Notes: generated by a model not told the origin, from the sequence alone. Positions 10,011-20,292 are shown, counted from the first letter of the stretch. The stretch: 64,000 nucleotides of DNA from Candidatus Thorarchaeota archaeon (GCA_004524445.1 SDNP01000004.1:39596-103595), one strand, 5' to 3'. Numbers and translations: made by a program.

Positions 10011-11792
10011 CTACTGCTGACCTCCTTCTTTCAAGAGTTCTTCCATAAGACTCACCGCTTTCTCGATTGTAAGAATATCCGGCGGAACTTCAAACTTTTG
10101 GCTTAATCGTATGAATAGCTGTGTCATTGCAGGGGGGGTAAGATGAGTGGTCGCTAATTGATCCGTTTGAATGAATACTTCTTCGGGAGTGCCATCTAGC
10201 AATATTTTGCCATCATGCATTATTACACATCGCTCTGCATATTCTGCAGCTAATGACATATCGTGGGTTATCACAATTATTGTTTTGCCTTCTTTGTGTA
10301 ATTCCCTCATGAGGTCCATAATCTCTCTGCGACGGCGAGGATCCTGTCCAGTTGTGGGCTCGTCAACGATTATTACGTCTGGATCTAGCGCTAGAATGGA
10401 TGTGATTACAACTCTCTGTCGGTCACCTTTGCTCAATGAATAGGGGCGCTCTTCCAACAAGTCTTCTATGTCCATTCTACGAGCAACTTCTTGCACTCGT
10501 TTCTTTCGCTCATCCTTCTTCATTCCGATATTTTTCAACCCAAACTCAAGCTCATCGGAAACCTTACTTGAAAAGAGCTGCTGGTCAGGGTTTTGGAAAA
10601 CATAACCAACATCAGTGACCAACTTGTAAGTCGGAATCTCCTGAGAGTCGGTTCCACGTATATATACCACCCCTTCTCCGGGTTCAAGAAGTCCGTTGAA
10701 GTGCTTGACAAGAGTTGTTTTGCCAGATCCATTCTGCCCCAATATTGCGGTAAACTCGTTTTCATGTATCTCCAAGTTCACTCCCTTTAGGGCATGTGTT
10801 CCAGTTTCATACCAGAATTGCACATCTTCGACACGAATCAATGCTTCTCCCTGTCTGGGGACAGATTCTCTATCTTTTACCTCATCCACCGGAGCTCCAC
10901 CTGACCGCTCTGGCACACCTGCCTTGGATAAGACATTGGAGAAGTATTCAACTCCTTCCTCCAAAGTCATGGGAATTTGTCCAAATTCATCGCCAATTAG
11001 CCCTTTGTCTCTTAACTGATATGCAAGTAACGACATCTGAGGTGGCCAAAGGCCGATGTCTCGAAGCATCTCAGCCTTTCCACCGAGGATTTCTCTTGGT
11101 GGACCCATGGCTACAATTTCACCTTCATTGAGAACCATAACACGATCTGCTATGTCGATTAAGGCTTCGAGCTCGTGCTCCACAAGGACGAATGTCTTGT
11201 TTTCCTCATCTGCAATCTTATGAATGAGGTCAAATACCTGTTCGGTTCCATAAGGATCCAAGTTCGAAGTTGGTTCGTCCAAAACATATATGTCAGGACT
11301 CATAGATAAGATAGAGGCGAGAGCTAATGCTTGCTGCTGACCCCCTGACAGAGCGAAAGGGGGGCGATCCCTGGCATGATTTAGCCCGACGAAGTCGAGG
11401 GCATAATCGATACGTTCTTCGATTTCTTCTCTAGGCAGAGCGATATTTTCGGGACCAAAGGCAACCTCTTCCGCAACTGAACCAGAAATCAACTGACTGG
11501 CGGGGTCTTGAAAGAGAAGCCCAACATGTCTCGATAACCTGCCCACATATGACTTCTGCGTGTCAATACCAGCGACGGTGATTTCACCCTCCAACTTCCC
11601 AGAATAGAAATGGGGTATAAGGCCGTTCAGCAGGTTACAGAAAGTAGTCTTTCCCGCCCCATTAGGGCCTGTGAGTAGTAGAATCTCACCCTTATCTAGA
11701 TCTATAGAGATGTTCTTCAACACCTGTTCCGATGTCCCAGCATATCTCCAATTAACCTTCTTAACGGATACCTGTGGCTCTCCTTGACTCAT
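10011..11792 (-). CDS. ecfA: ECF transporter ATPase with two fused ABC domains
   Basis: Two Walker A motifs (GPNGAGKT, GQNGSGKT), FQ(D/N)P Q-loops, LSGGQ/LSKGD signatures, DEPT. Confidence 0.93.
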   Translation of the reverse strand: MSQGEPQVSVKKVNWRYAGTSEQVLKNISIDLDKGEILLLTGPNGAGKTTFCNLLNGLIPHFYSGKLEGEITVAGIDTQKSYVGRLSRHVGLLFQDPASQLISGSVAEEVAFGPENIALPREEIEERIDYALDFVGLNHARDRPPFALSGGQQQALALASILSMSPDIYVLDEPTSNLDPYGTEQVFDLIHKIADEENKTFVLVEHELEALIDIADRVMVLNEGEIVAMGPPREILGGKAEMLRDIGLWPPQMSLLAYQLRDKGLIGDEFGQIPMTLEEGVEYFSNVLSKAGVPERSGGAPVDEVKDRESVPRQGEALIRVEDVQFWYETGTHALKGVNLEIHENEFTAILGQNGSGKTTLVKHFNGLLEPGEGVVYIRGTDSQEIPTYKLVTDVGYVFQNPDQQLFSSKVSDELEFGLKNIGMKKDERKKRVQEVARRMDIEDLLEERPYSLSKGDRQRVVITSILALDPDVIIVDEPTTGQDPRRRREIMDLMRELHKEGKTIIVITHDMSLAAEYAERCVIMHDGKILLDGTPEEVFIQTDQLATTHLTPPAMTQLFIRLSQKFEVPPDILTIEKAVSLMEELLKEGGQQ

Positions 11793-11910
11793 GAATTAAG
11801 CAACTCGTGTACAATTATTATAGAAACAATAGTAGCACCCCTATTTGAATCAGATGATTAGGCAATAGGATAGCAAAAAGAAAAGGGGAAAGGCCGGGGG
11901 CCTTTCTAGA

Positions 11911-12165
11911 CTAGAACCATTCCTGCTTTCTACCATACCATAGGCAGACAATCAGGATGATTATCACAACAACGGATAGAATGCCCTGTACTACCAGACT
12001 TGCAATGGTACCTGAACCAAAGATGGCTTCTACGATGGGGAGAAGAATCCGCGTACCTAGTGCTTCAAACCCACCGCTAACGAAGAAGGTCACCAAAACG
12101 AAGAGAGCAAAAAGCACGACCAGACATACTAACCAGTACATCGTTTTCTTGTTATCCTCTACCAT
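11911..12165 (-). CDS. Small two-TM membrane protein
   Basis: 84 aa, two hydrophobic helices; start overlaps the stop of the upstream S component. Confidence 0.75.
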   Translation of the reverse strand: MVEDNKKTMYWLVCLVVLFALFVLVTFFVSGGFEALGTRILLPIVEAIFGSGTIASLVVQGILSVVVIIILIVCLWYGRKQEWF

Positions 12166-12722
12166 GGTGCCTCACCTTCCGACCATCCAAAGATATCAGG
12201 CAACGCTGCAACTACTGCGCTGAATATGACTATCTGGAAAATTCCATACAGTGTGTAGTACCATCCGAAGACAATCGGGTATGTTGGATAGAATGGATAG
12301 AATCCCAAGAGTGAGTTGGCAAATATGAACAGGGGAGCCTCAATAAAGAATTGAAGCAGCCAAGTCAGTATCCAAAACACAATCCAACGCTTCTTTTCGT
12401 CTTCTATTTTTAGCACTACGTATTTCCATACAAATGCCCAGTAGATGCCTTTTACGGGTTGCAAGAGTAGGTCTACTTGCGGGAGACCCGAGGGAATTCC
12501 TCTAGCGATACCAACAATAATTCCGACTATTGGTCCTCCTGCCATTCCTGCAAGAATTGGCATTAGAGCACCTGGTCCAATGACCAAAGGCGGAACCATA
12601 GGAATCGCAATTCCCAAGGCTCTGAACGCAAACGCCGCAGCACCGAATGCTGCCGCTAAACCCATCTGGCGACTTGTGATGAAGGGCTTTCGTCCTCCTT
12701 CTGTTTCACCCAATACGTTCAC
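12159..12722 (-). CDS. Probable ECF transporter substrate-binding S component
   Basis: About 190 aa, highly hydrophobic, AAAFGA and GPIVGIIVG motifs; upstream of ecfA/ecfT. Confidence 0.8.
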   Translation of the reverse strand: MNVLGETEGGRKPFITSRQMGLAAAFGAAAFAFRALGIAIPMVPPLVIGPGALMPILAGMAGGPIVGIIVGIARGIPSGLPQVDLLLQPVKGIYWAFVWKYVVLKIEDEKKRWIVFWILTWLLQFFIEAPLFIFANSLLGFYPFYPTYPIVFGWYYTLYGIFQIVIFSAVVAALPDIFGWSEGEAPW

Positions 12723-12878
12723 CTCTCGATAGAATACAGTGTGCGTCCCCCGTTTTATTTATTGCGGAAACCCAATTAGAACTCGATTTGGTTAGATTTA
12801 CACGTGATTCATACTAGATTCTATTTCCAAATTGAAAAAGAAAAGAAAGGAGAGTACCCTGTGGTACTCTGAGCTGGT

Positions 12879-13691
12879 TTACTTACCCGTGAACTTGCCT
12901 CGTCTCTTCTCGAAGACTGCAGAGATGCCTTCAGCCAAGTCTTCTGTTTCAAAGCATGCCACTGCGGCTTCAACTTCGAATTCAAGATTATCGTCATAAT
13001 CTTCTTCAAAAGCCATATGTGTTGCTTTCTTAGCCCAGTTCAATGCAATTGGCGCATTGCCGCCGAGCTTGGCACCGTACCACATTGCTTGACTCAGAAG
13101 CTCTTCTTTGGGCACAACTTTGCTGACAAGACCCATTTCCAGTGCCTCTTCTCCGGATACCTGGCCACCGGTAAGGATCAGCTCCATTGCTTTACCGAGA
13201 CCGATAATGCGGGGTAATCTGACACAGCCACCCCACGCGGGAATCAAACCGAGACTAACCTCGGGAGTGCCAATTTTTGCTTCTTCATCACAAACACGGA
13301 TATCACATGCGAGTGCGATCTCGGTACCTCCCCCAAGACAGAGGCCATGAATCGCCGCAATGACAGGTTTGCTGAGTTTCGCAATTGTGTCAATAGCTTT
13401 TTGTCCTTGTCCAACCAGGTCCTTGACTTCTTCACTTTTGCCAAGAAGTCCTTGAGCCATCTTTAGGTCAGCACCAGTACAAAAGACTTTATCATGTGCT
13501 GATGCTAAGACGACGGAGCGAACATCATCATCCTTCTCTGCTTCTTCAAGAGCAGCGACCAAATCCTGTATAAACTGGTCATTAATGCTGTTCAGCGAGT
13601 CAACACGGTTGAACTTGATTAAGGCAACGTTCTTCACAGGTGAGAGAAACGAACCTTCCTTTGAGTATAGCATTGTTTCGAATTCGGGCAT
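12879..13691 (-). CDS. Enoyl-CoA hydratase/isomerase
   Basis: FCTGADL, GLCLGGGTE, PEVSLGLIPAWGG. Start moved to ATG 13691 (MPEFET), which has a GTGGT SD. Confidence 0.93.
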   Translation of the reverse strand: MPEFETMLYSKEGSFLSPVKNVALIKFNRVDSLNSINDQFIQDLVAALEEAEKDDDVRSVVLASAHDKVFCTGADLKMAQGLLGKSEEVKDLVGQGQKAIDTIAKLSKPVIAAIHGLCLGGGTEIALACDIRVCDEEAKIGTPEVSLGLIPAWGGCVRLPRIIGLGKAMELILTGGQVSGEEALEMGLVSKVVPKEELLSQAMWYGAKLGGNAPIALNWAKKATHMAFEEDYDDNLEFEVEAAVACFETEDLAEGISAVFEKRRGKFTGK

Positions 13692-13817
13692 TTTTACCAC
13701 CTTAGCGCTACTATACTGCTCTGATGAATGTACCGCCTTATAAACCTCCTTCATTGAGGAGTCAACACAGTTTAAAAAAGAAAGGAATGGCAAGGACATT
13801 GCCTTGCCAGAAGTAGA

Positions 13818-14948
13818 CTACTTCAGCATCTCTGGCACTGAATAACACTCGCCGTGTTTCTCCTCCAGTTTCTCTATCTCTTCTTTGACCTTGTCATGGC
13901 CAATATCTTCGGCCATCTCGAATGGTCCTTTGGGAAAACTCGCACCCAGTTTCATGGCTTTGTCAATGGCATCCTTCTTAGCAATTTCCTCGTCAACGAG
14001 TATCATGGCTTCGCGGATTACAGGGACCTGAATACGAGTGACAAGCCAATCAGGGTCTGCACCTTTGGGTTCTTCAGGTTCCTCCGGCTCACCACCATAT
14101 TTGTAAAAGCCTTCTTTTGCTTTGGTACCAATCTTTCCATCTTCAACAAGCTGCTTCAGAGTTTCAGGTGGCTTGAAACAGTCGCCGAGTTCTTGATAGA
14201 GAGTACTCATAGCGTGATATGCGATATCAAGACCAACAAAATCTCCTAATGCAAAAGGTCCTGCCGGAAATTTCGCCTTGCTTGTCATAGCTGAGTCGAT
14301 TTCCTCTTTCGTGGCGATACCATCCTCATAAAGGAGGATTGCCTCTCTGAGAACGGGCATGAGAATTCTATTTACGATAAAACCAGGGCTGTCTCTGGCT
14401 TTGACTGGTTCCTTTCCCTGTTTCTCGCCCACCTTGATGGCAGTTTCAATAGTTTCATCGCTGGTCTTTTCGCCAATGACAATCTCAATGAGCTTCATTG
14501 CCGCCACCGGACTGAAATAGTGCATACCAATGAACTTCTCAGGCCGATCCGTAGCAGTTGCCAGCTCATCAATACTTAGAGAAGATGTGTTTGTTGCCAG
14601 GATTGCATGGGGTGGAGCATGCTTGTCAGCCTTCGAAAACACTTCTTTCTTCACTTTCATGTTCTCAAAGATCGCTTCTATTATCAAGTCGGCATCTCCC
14701 ACCGCATCTTCAAGATTTGTTGTTGACTTCAAACGGCCCATTAGGCTTTGTGCTTCAGATAGGCTTAGCTTACCCTTATCGACACCAGTCATTACATCTG
14801 AACGGATGCGTTCCATACCATCCTCAAGCGCATCCTGGTTCACATCCACCATCGTGACATCAAAACCATGCCATGCTGAGATGTATGCAATACCTGAACC
14901 CATTAAGCCAGCCCCAACAACTGCGATCTTGTTAACGTCCATGGACAT
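13818..14948 (-). CDS. 3-hydroxyacyl-CoA dehydrogenase with duplicated C-terminal domain
   Basis: GAGLMGSGIA Rossmann motif, ATNTSSL, GMHYFSP, PGFIVNRIL; second copy of the dimerisation domain (REAM...GPFE). Confidence 0.95.
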   Translation of the reverse strand: MSMDVNKIAVVGAGLMGSGIAYISAWHGFDVTMVDVNQDALEDGMERIRSDVMTGVDKGKLSLSEAQSLMGRLKSTTNLEDAVGDADLIIEAIFENMKVKKEVFSKADKHAPPHAILATNTSSLSIDELATATDRPEKFIGMHYFSPVAAMKLIEIVIGEKTSDETIETAIKVGEKQGKEPVKARDSPGFIVNRILMPVLREAILLYEDGIATKEEIDSAMTSKAKFPAGPFALGDFVGLDIAYHAMSTLYQELGDCFKPPETLKQLVEDGKIGTKAKEGFYKYGGEPEEPEEPKGADPDWLVTRIQVPVIREAMILVDEEIAKKDAIDKAMKLGASFPKGPFEMAEDIGHDKVKEEIEKLEEKHGECYSVPEMLK

Positions 14949-14953
14949 TCCTC

Positions 14954-15313
14954 CTATAGAGCACTCGTCATGGCAACCAAGATGAGATTGGCAAGAGGAT
15001 CGCTCTCATGAGCATTCCCAATGACCTTGAGAGATCCGTCTTTCATCGTCTGCTTGAACGGAACATCACCTGTAAATATGCCCAGTAGGGTTTCAGCATC
15101 GGACTCATAGATTACGTCTGGGCTTGGATATAGCCCATCTCGGAGAGTCATGCTATCCTTAGTAATAACCACGTATTGGTCGCCCTCCTCCGTTCGCACC
15201 TGAAGGATTTTACCGTCGTATGGTCCAACCCATTCAGCAAGTCGCTTCTGTAGGTCCTCTTTCTCCCTGATTTGAGCCATCAGGAACTTGAAAAATTCTT
15301 GTAGCTGTGACAT
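14954..15313 (-). CDS. SCP2 sterol/lipid-binding domain protein
   Basis: PDVIYESDAETLLGIFTG...MKDGSLKVIGN matches the SCP2 pattern; start MSQLQE. Confidence 0.78.
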   Translation of the reverse strand: MSQLQEFFKFLMAQIREKEDLQKRLAEWVGPYDGKILQVRTEEGDQYVVITKDSMTLRDGLYPSPDVIYESDAETLLGIFTGDVPFKQTMKDGSLKVIGNAHESDPLANLILVAMTSAL

Positions 15314-15317
15314 CTCT

Positions 15318-15590
15318 CTATTCCTCCTTCTCCATCCATAAATCAATGGCTTCCTGCATCACTTCTTCAATGGTGACAGACCACATATTCCCCTTTCTCT
15401 TCTTGATCTCGTCAAGAAAAGCCTTGTATTTGGGATAGTGCATTAGCACCACAATACGACCCTTTCGGTCATTTATGAATGCCTGATGGATCATTTTCTT
15501 GGTGGTCCAATACTCATGTTCGATGTCTCCTTCTTCCAGGGTTGGATAAAAGGGCCATTCACCTGTTGGATGATCACGATATTTTGCCAT
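15318..15590 (-). CDS. Small protein with C-terminal RHH-like segment
   Basis: Tightly packed in the operon; C-terminal strand-helix-helix pattern ending EEVMQEAIDLWM. Confidence 0.65.
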   Translation of the reverse strand: MAKYRDHPTGEWPFYPTLEEGDIEHEYWTTKKMIHQAFINDRKGRIVVLMHYPKYKAFLDEIKKRKGNMWSVTIEEVMQEAIDLWMEKEE

Positions 15591-15848
15591 TTAGGATCTC
15601 CTCCATTTCTTCACTTCATCACCTGTAGCTTCTTTAAAGCCAGGCCGGAAGGGCCATTGAACAACATAACGCATTCCCTTGACACCATCGACCTCTCCGG
15701 AGGACCATCTACCAGTGTACACTCGAGCTCCTGTATTATTACAGAATTGCTCCATAACAACTTCGATGAATCCTTCGGGAGTAAGATTAGCCTCTTCGGA
15801 CAGCTCTTTCATATTCTCCATGGTTTCTTTATCAAAACTAACTTCCAT
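15591..15848 (-). CDS. Small protein with N-terminal RHH-like segment
   Basis: MEVSFDKETMENMKELSEEANLTPEGFIEVVMEQF resembles the CopG/RHH pattern. Confidence 0.65.
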   Translation of the reverse strand: MEVSFDKETMENMKELSEEANLTPEGFIEVVMEQFCNNTGARVYTGRWSSGEVDGVKGMRYVVQWPFRPGFKEATGDEVKKWRRS

Positions 15849-15853
15849 CCTTC

Positions 15854-16621
15854 TTATTCCTCCTTATCCTTGAATGCAAGACGGGTATAGGGCAGACCCC
15901 ATCGCTCCTGATACATGAGGCCTTCCAACGGAGGCCTGCTTGGACCAAGTGCTCTTTCTGAAACTCTCTGACCTATGCAGAAGGCAGTAAGAGGTGTCCA
16001 AATTGGTGGGATTCCTAGTCTATCGCGAATTAGTTCTGCATGTCGCGGGTCTGAACAGACCAATGCCTCGTATCCGCATCCGTAGCCCAGCTCCGTGGCT
16101 GTCAGCCACATATTTTGAACAGCCATGCCACATACAACTGAGCCAAAAAGCTCATTCGGATATAGGTAGCCCGCGTCGTGCCAGCTCTCACTGGCGCATA
16201 TAACGATACAAGTATCACTCTTCTCTGGATAGCGGAATAGCTCTCCATCTCTGAGCCTTGCATATACTGCTGCACGATACGGATCGCTGATGAACCAATT
16301 GCGTCCACTGGTCAGTTCAAAGGGGGCTCCACCAAATGCGGTCTGAGCCATTTCCTGAGCAATGTCAGCAAGGAAAGTTTTCATTTCTTCATCATCGCGT
16401 ATAACGACGAATCGCATCATGAGCATATTTTCTGGACTCGGGGCGTGTCGAGCAGCTTCCAAAATCATTTCAATATGTTCATCTGGAATGGGTTCTCCGG
16501 TAAATTCCCGGATTGAACGCCGTTGCCGTATGAGCTTCAGAGACTGCAGGTCTTGAACAGTACCTGCTGCTCCTTTGGCTTCTCCGGCTGATTCCGATTT
16601 AGCATCTGTTGCCATAATCAT
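15854..16621 (-). CDS. Nitroreductase family flavoprotein
   Basis: RRSIREF, EAARHAPS, AVQNMWLTATELGYG motifs. Confidence 0.92.
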   Translation of the reverse strand: MIMATDAKSESAGEAKGAAGTVQDLQSLKLIRQRRSIREFTGEPIPDEHIEMILEAARHAPSPENMLMMRFVVIRDDEEMKTFLADIAQEMAQTAFGGAPFELTSGRNWFISDPYRAAVYARLRDGELFRYPEKSDTCIVICASESWHDAGYLYPNELFGSVVCGMAVQNMWLTATELGYGCGYEALVCSDPRHAELIRDRLGIPPIWTPLTAFCIGQRVSERALGPSRPPLEGLMYQERWGLPYTRLAFKDKEE

Positions 16622-16890
16622 ACCTCATTCGTTTGAATAGTATACCTGTGGTGACGAGCTCTTACATTTATTCCTTCCGAGAAGAGATTTTCAGGACTAA
16701 AATATCCCATTATATGTAGAAACACAGAAAGGATGTGTTGCGGGGGTTTTACGCTCATATTCACCCAGTATTAGCTGAAGCACACAATATGAAATATTCA
16801 GGTATGTGTTTCAATAGTTGGAGCACACAAATCCTCCCGGTGACTAGTGCGTTCCTAGACTGAAGAGGAGCCTGATGCTCCTCCTCACAT

Positions 16891-17940
16891 CTATTTCTCG
16901 TTGGTTATACCCAGCACACCAAAATCCAGAGACTCTCTTAGGATTTTCACTACCACTGGGACCTTCTCAATGTTCTCGGTAGTAACAGTTCCAATTAGTG
17001 AATCTACAATTTGTCCAGTAGTATAGGTGTCGTAACCCGTCATCATTATGGGAACCTCCTTCTCTCTCGCCTGAGCCAGCGTTCGAATATTGGGACCCAT
17101 ACCACCTGTCAGAATGAGGAGATTTGTGTCAGTTTCCATAGCCGCCATACAGATATCTGCTCTATCTCCACTGGTGATTACTGCCTTGTTCTTTGCCCTT
17201 CTGAACCATTTTAGTGCATTCTCGGGTGCCATACTGCCCACCATGAAACGATCTACAAGGATATCTTCCTTGTCTTCACCAACAACCATTTGTCCGTCTA
17301 GTGCCTTCAGAATCTCTTGAACACTAGGAGCAAAGAGCTCACGATTCCTATAGATTGAACCTAAAAAGTCCATGTCACTGGATTTAATGAATTCTCTTAT
17401 GCTTCCAGAAACAATCGTCTTTAGCATAGGGGGAACCATATTGAGGGCTATTGTCAAATCCTTGACATTGTGTCTGAGAAAGAGATCCTTTTGGAGCAAT
17501 ACGTCATCAATGGCTGTGACATCCTGAAAATTCACAAGGCAGATAGCCTTTGCACCAAGCTCTTCAGCAATCTGAGGGGTAGAGAGATTCACATGGAGAA
17601 GATGCCACGGAGCTTCTGTACCTTCGATCAATACTATATCTTTCCCATCGGACACGTTACTATACGCGTCCAAGATTCTACTCCGTAATTGTTTATATCC
17701 AATTCTCAATAATTCATCATAGCTTGATTTCATTCTCTCGATGGGACAAATATTGCTCAGATTGGCACGAAGGTTTAGAACCTGTTTCATCAAAGAGGCA
17801 TCCGGGTCATTCGGAGCGCCTACTGGCTTGAAATATCCAACCTTCAAGCCCTGCTGCTTGGCGTATTCTGAGAGAGCTAGAGCCACCAATGTCTTCCCGG
17901 TTAGGGTCTGACCGCTTATCACGTAATTTTCCGGCATCAT
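16891..17940 (-). CDS. Phosphotransacetylase-family protein (BioD-like P-loop + DRTGG domain)
   Basis: TGKT, GYFKPVG, IEG, ITSGDRAD, LILTGG; overlaps the stop of the acetate-CoA ligase gene. Confidence 0.88.
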   Translation of the reverse strand: MMPENYVISGQTLTGKTLVALALSEYAKQQGLKVGYFKPVGAPNDPDASLMKQVLNLRANLSNICPIERMKSSYDELLRIGYKQLRSRILDAYSNVSDGKDIVLIEGTEAPWHLLHVNLSTPQIAEELGAKAICLVNFQDVTAIDDVLLQKDLFLRHNVKDLTIALNMVPPMLKTIVSGSIREFIKSSDMDFLGSIYRNRELFAPSVQEILKALDGQMVVGEDKEDILVDRFMVGSMAPENALKWFRRAKNKAVITSGDRADICMAAMETDTNLLILTGGMGPNIRTLAQAREKEVPIMMTGYDTYTTGQIVDSLIGTVTTENIEKVPVVVKILRESLDFGVLGITNEK

Positions 17941-20057
17941 TTTTCACCTCCAATTGTAATTTTGACATCAACAGCAGATACACCTTTGCCTTTCTCGTAA
18001 GCAAAGGCCGGATTAATGTCAAGTTCCACAATTTCTTCAAAATCGGTGACAAGCTGACTGATTCGTAGAATAGTATCTTGAATTGCCACTATGTCGCTTG
18101 GCGGCTCCCCTCGTACACCCTCAAGCAAAGTGCCAATTTTGGTTTCTTTCATCAGTTCACTAGCATCACTTCTTGTCATGGGAGCGAGCCGAAAGGCAAT
18201 ATCCTTCAAGTAGTTTACAAATATGCCGCCAGCTCCAAACATTATGAGCGGCCCAAACTGAACATCCCGCGAGCATCCAATTATCAGCTCTTTTCCTTCT
18301 TCAGCCATCTCCTGCACATCCACACCATAGATGATGGCTTTGGGCATATGTTTCCGAGCGTTCTCAACGATTTCAAGAAACGCCGCTTCTACTTCTCGAG
18401 GTGTTTTGAGACCCACCTTAATACCGCCAATGTCGCTCTTGTGGACAATATCAGGACTAGCAATTTTTAACACCACAGGATATCCGAGTTCCTCTGCTTT
18501 TGCTGTGGCCTCCTCAGCACTGGTTGCCAGTCTGATTTTAGCTACAGGAATACCATAGCATTCCGCAATCGCATGAGCCTCACTGCCCAACAGAACTCGT
18601 CTTTCATCTTCGCGAACCTCCTGTATGATCTCCTTCACTCTGTCAGTATCAGCTTTATACTTGGGTATTGATTCATCCTTCACGCTATCTCTATTCAATA
18701 CATATTGATAGAGCTCAGCCAACGCATTAACAGCACGTTCCGGAAAGTCAAAGACTGGAATTCCTCCGTCTGTCAGGACAATTCTGGGATATACCATTGA
18801 ATTGCCACCCATGAATACAGCAAGCAGCGGCTTGTCCGGATATTTTTTGTGAGATTCAACAATCACTTGTGCAGTTTCTGTTTCTTTTGTCATGGCCTGA
18901 GGAGTAACCAGTACTAATACAGAGTCAACCTTCTCATCTCGCAGAGCTGCCTCTGTGCAAAGTGCATAGTCTTCAGGTTGAGCAGTCCCAAGCGCATCAA
19001 TCGGATTGTAGACTGCTGCTGCTGGAGGCAGCTCCTCTCGCAGAAGTTCAACTGTGTTCTGAGAGAGCTCCGCAATCTCTAATCCATGTGCTTCGCATGC
19101 ATCTGTGGTGATGATGCCAGGACCGCCTGCATTGGTGATAATTGCCACCTGATTTCCAGCTGGGAGATGCATATCATCAAACACGTTTGCGATATCAAAA
19201 AGCTCAGCCATACTGGTTGCTCGGCTTACGCCTGACTGTTTGAATGCGGTGTCATATGCGGTATCACTGCCTGCGAGAGATCCCGTGTGCGATGAAGCCG
19301 CTCTTGCCCCAGCTTGACTTACCCCAGACTTGATCACAAAGATGGGCTTCTTTTGAACTACTTTCTTGCACACATCCATAAATTTCCGTCCATCAACTAC
19401 GGATTCAATATAGAGCAGAACAAATGTTGAATCAGGGTCTCTTCCAAATGCCTGAATCAAGTCGGCTTCATCAAGTTGTGCCTTATTTCCCAGACTGACA
19501 AATTTGGAAAATCCAATTCTTTCCATGAGACTCCAATCTAGAATTCCCGTCATCAGAGCACCCGACTGAGATGCAAATGCGATTGTACCCTTTGAGGGTG
19601 TTCCTGCAGAGAATGAAGCATTGTAGGGCGCATGAGTGTTGATTATTCCGAGACAATTCGGACCCAGCATAACCATCCCGTGTTCTTCTGCAACTTTTGC
19701 TATTTCCTTTTCAGCCTCTGCTCCTTCATGTCCAATCTCTTTGAATCCGGCAGTTATGATTACCAATGCCTTGACTTCTTTTTCAGCGCATTGCTTAACA
19801 ACGGTCAGAACGTATTTGGCAGGAATGACTATAACAGCCATATCAACATCGCTAGCAATATCATTTACAGCTCTATATGCCTGATGTCCAAGAATTTCTC
19901 CAGCTTTTGGATTGACTGGATAGATTCTGCCGCCGAATCCGCTATCGATGAGATTTCGCATCACATCGTTGCCAAGTTTTCCCTTTGTTGCGGATGCGCC
20001 AATCACTGCAATCGATTTTGGATCGAACATCACATCAATTCCTTTTTGTCTGTCCAA
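17937..20057 (-). CDS. acd: Acetate/acyl-CoA ligase (ADP-forming), fused alpha-beta
   Basis: IAVIGAS CoA-binding, GPNCLG, SQSGA, SHTGSLAG phospho-His, ATP-grasp HKSDIGG, ELDINP. Likely TTG start at 20057 (track start 20108). Confidence 0.93.
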   Translation of the reverse strand: MDRQKGIDVMFDPKSIAVIGASATKGKLGNDVMRNLIDSGFGGRIYPVNPKAGEILGHQAYRAVNDIASDVDMAVIVIPAKYVLTVVKQCAEKEVKALVIITAGFKEIGHEGAEAEKEIAKVAEEHGMVMLGPNCLGIINTHAPYNASFSAGTPSKGTIAFASQSGALMTGILDWSLMERIGFSKFVSLGNKAQLDEADLIQAFGRDPDSTFVLLYIESVVDGRKFMDVCKKVVQKKPIFVIKSGVSQAGARAASSHTGSLAGSDTAYDTAFKQSGVSRATSMAELFDIANVFDDMHLPAGNQVAIITNAGGPGIITTDACEAHGLEIAELSQNTVELLREELPPAAAVYNPIDALGTAQPEDYALCTEAALRDEKVDSVLVLVTPQAMTKETETAQVIVESHKKYPDKPLLAVFMGGNSMVYPRIVLTDGGIPVFDFPERAVNALAELYQYVLNRDSVKDESIPKYKADTDRVKEIIQEVREDERRVLLGSEAHAIAECYGIPVAKIRLATSAEEATAKAEELGYPVVLKIASPDIVHKSDIGGIKVGLKTPREVEAAFLEIVENARKHMPKAIIYGVDVQEMAEEGKELIIGCSRDVQFGPLIMFGAGGIFVNYLKDIAFRLAPMTRSDASELMKETKIGTLLEGVRGEPPSDIVAIQDTILRISQLVTDFEEIVELDINPAFAYEKGKGVSAVDVKITIGGEK

Positions 20058-20206
20058 TTTCCTACACAACCTCATGACAGTTAGATTCGTGCTTTTGGGG
20101 CAATGCATGAGTGATATAACTCATTGCCTAACGGCCGTGTAGGGAGGATGATTTCTACCACTAAAAAACTATGTTTCCTTCACCTCATCTCTTTGGATTG
20201 ATGAGG

Positions 20207-20292
20207 GTATCTACCCAGTATTACTCACTTCCATATTTATGTATGACCCAGGTGTTACTTAGATGAATACCTCGGTAGGCTCAATGTAGTAC
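20207..20292. promoter_or_regulatory. Putative RHH operator array: GTAnTAC-like boxes at about 11-bp phase around a TATA-like element
   Basis: GTATTAC 20218, GTATGAC 20241, GTGTTAC 20252, GTAGTAC 20286; partial boxes at 20207, 20264, 20275; TTTATGTA at 20236. Confidence 0.45.
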
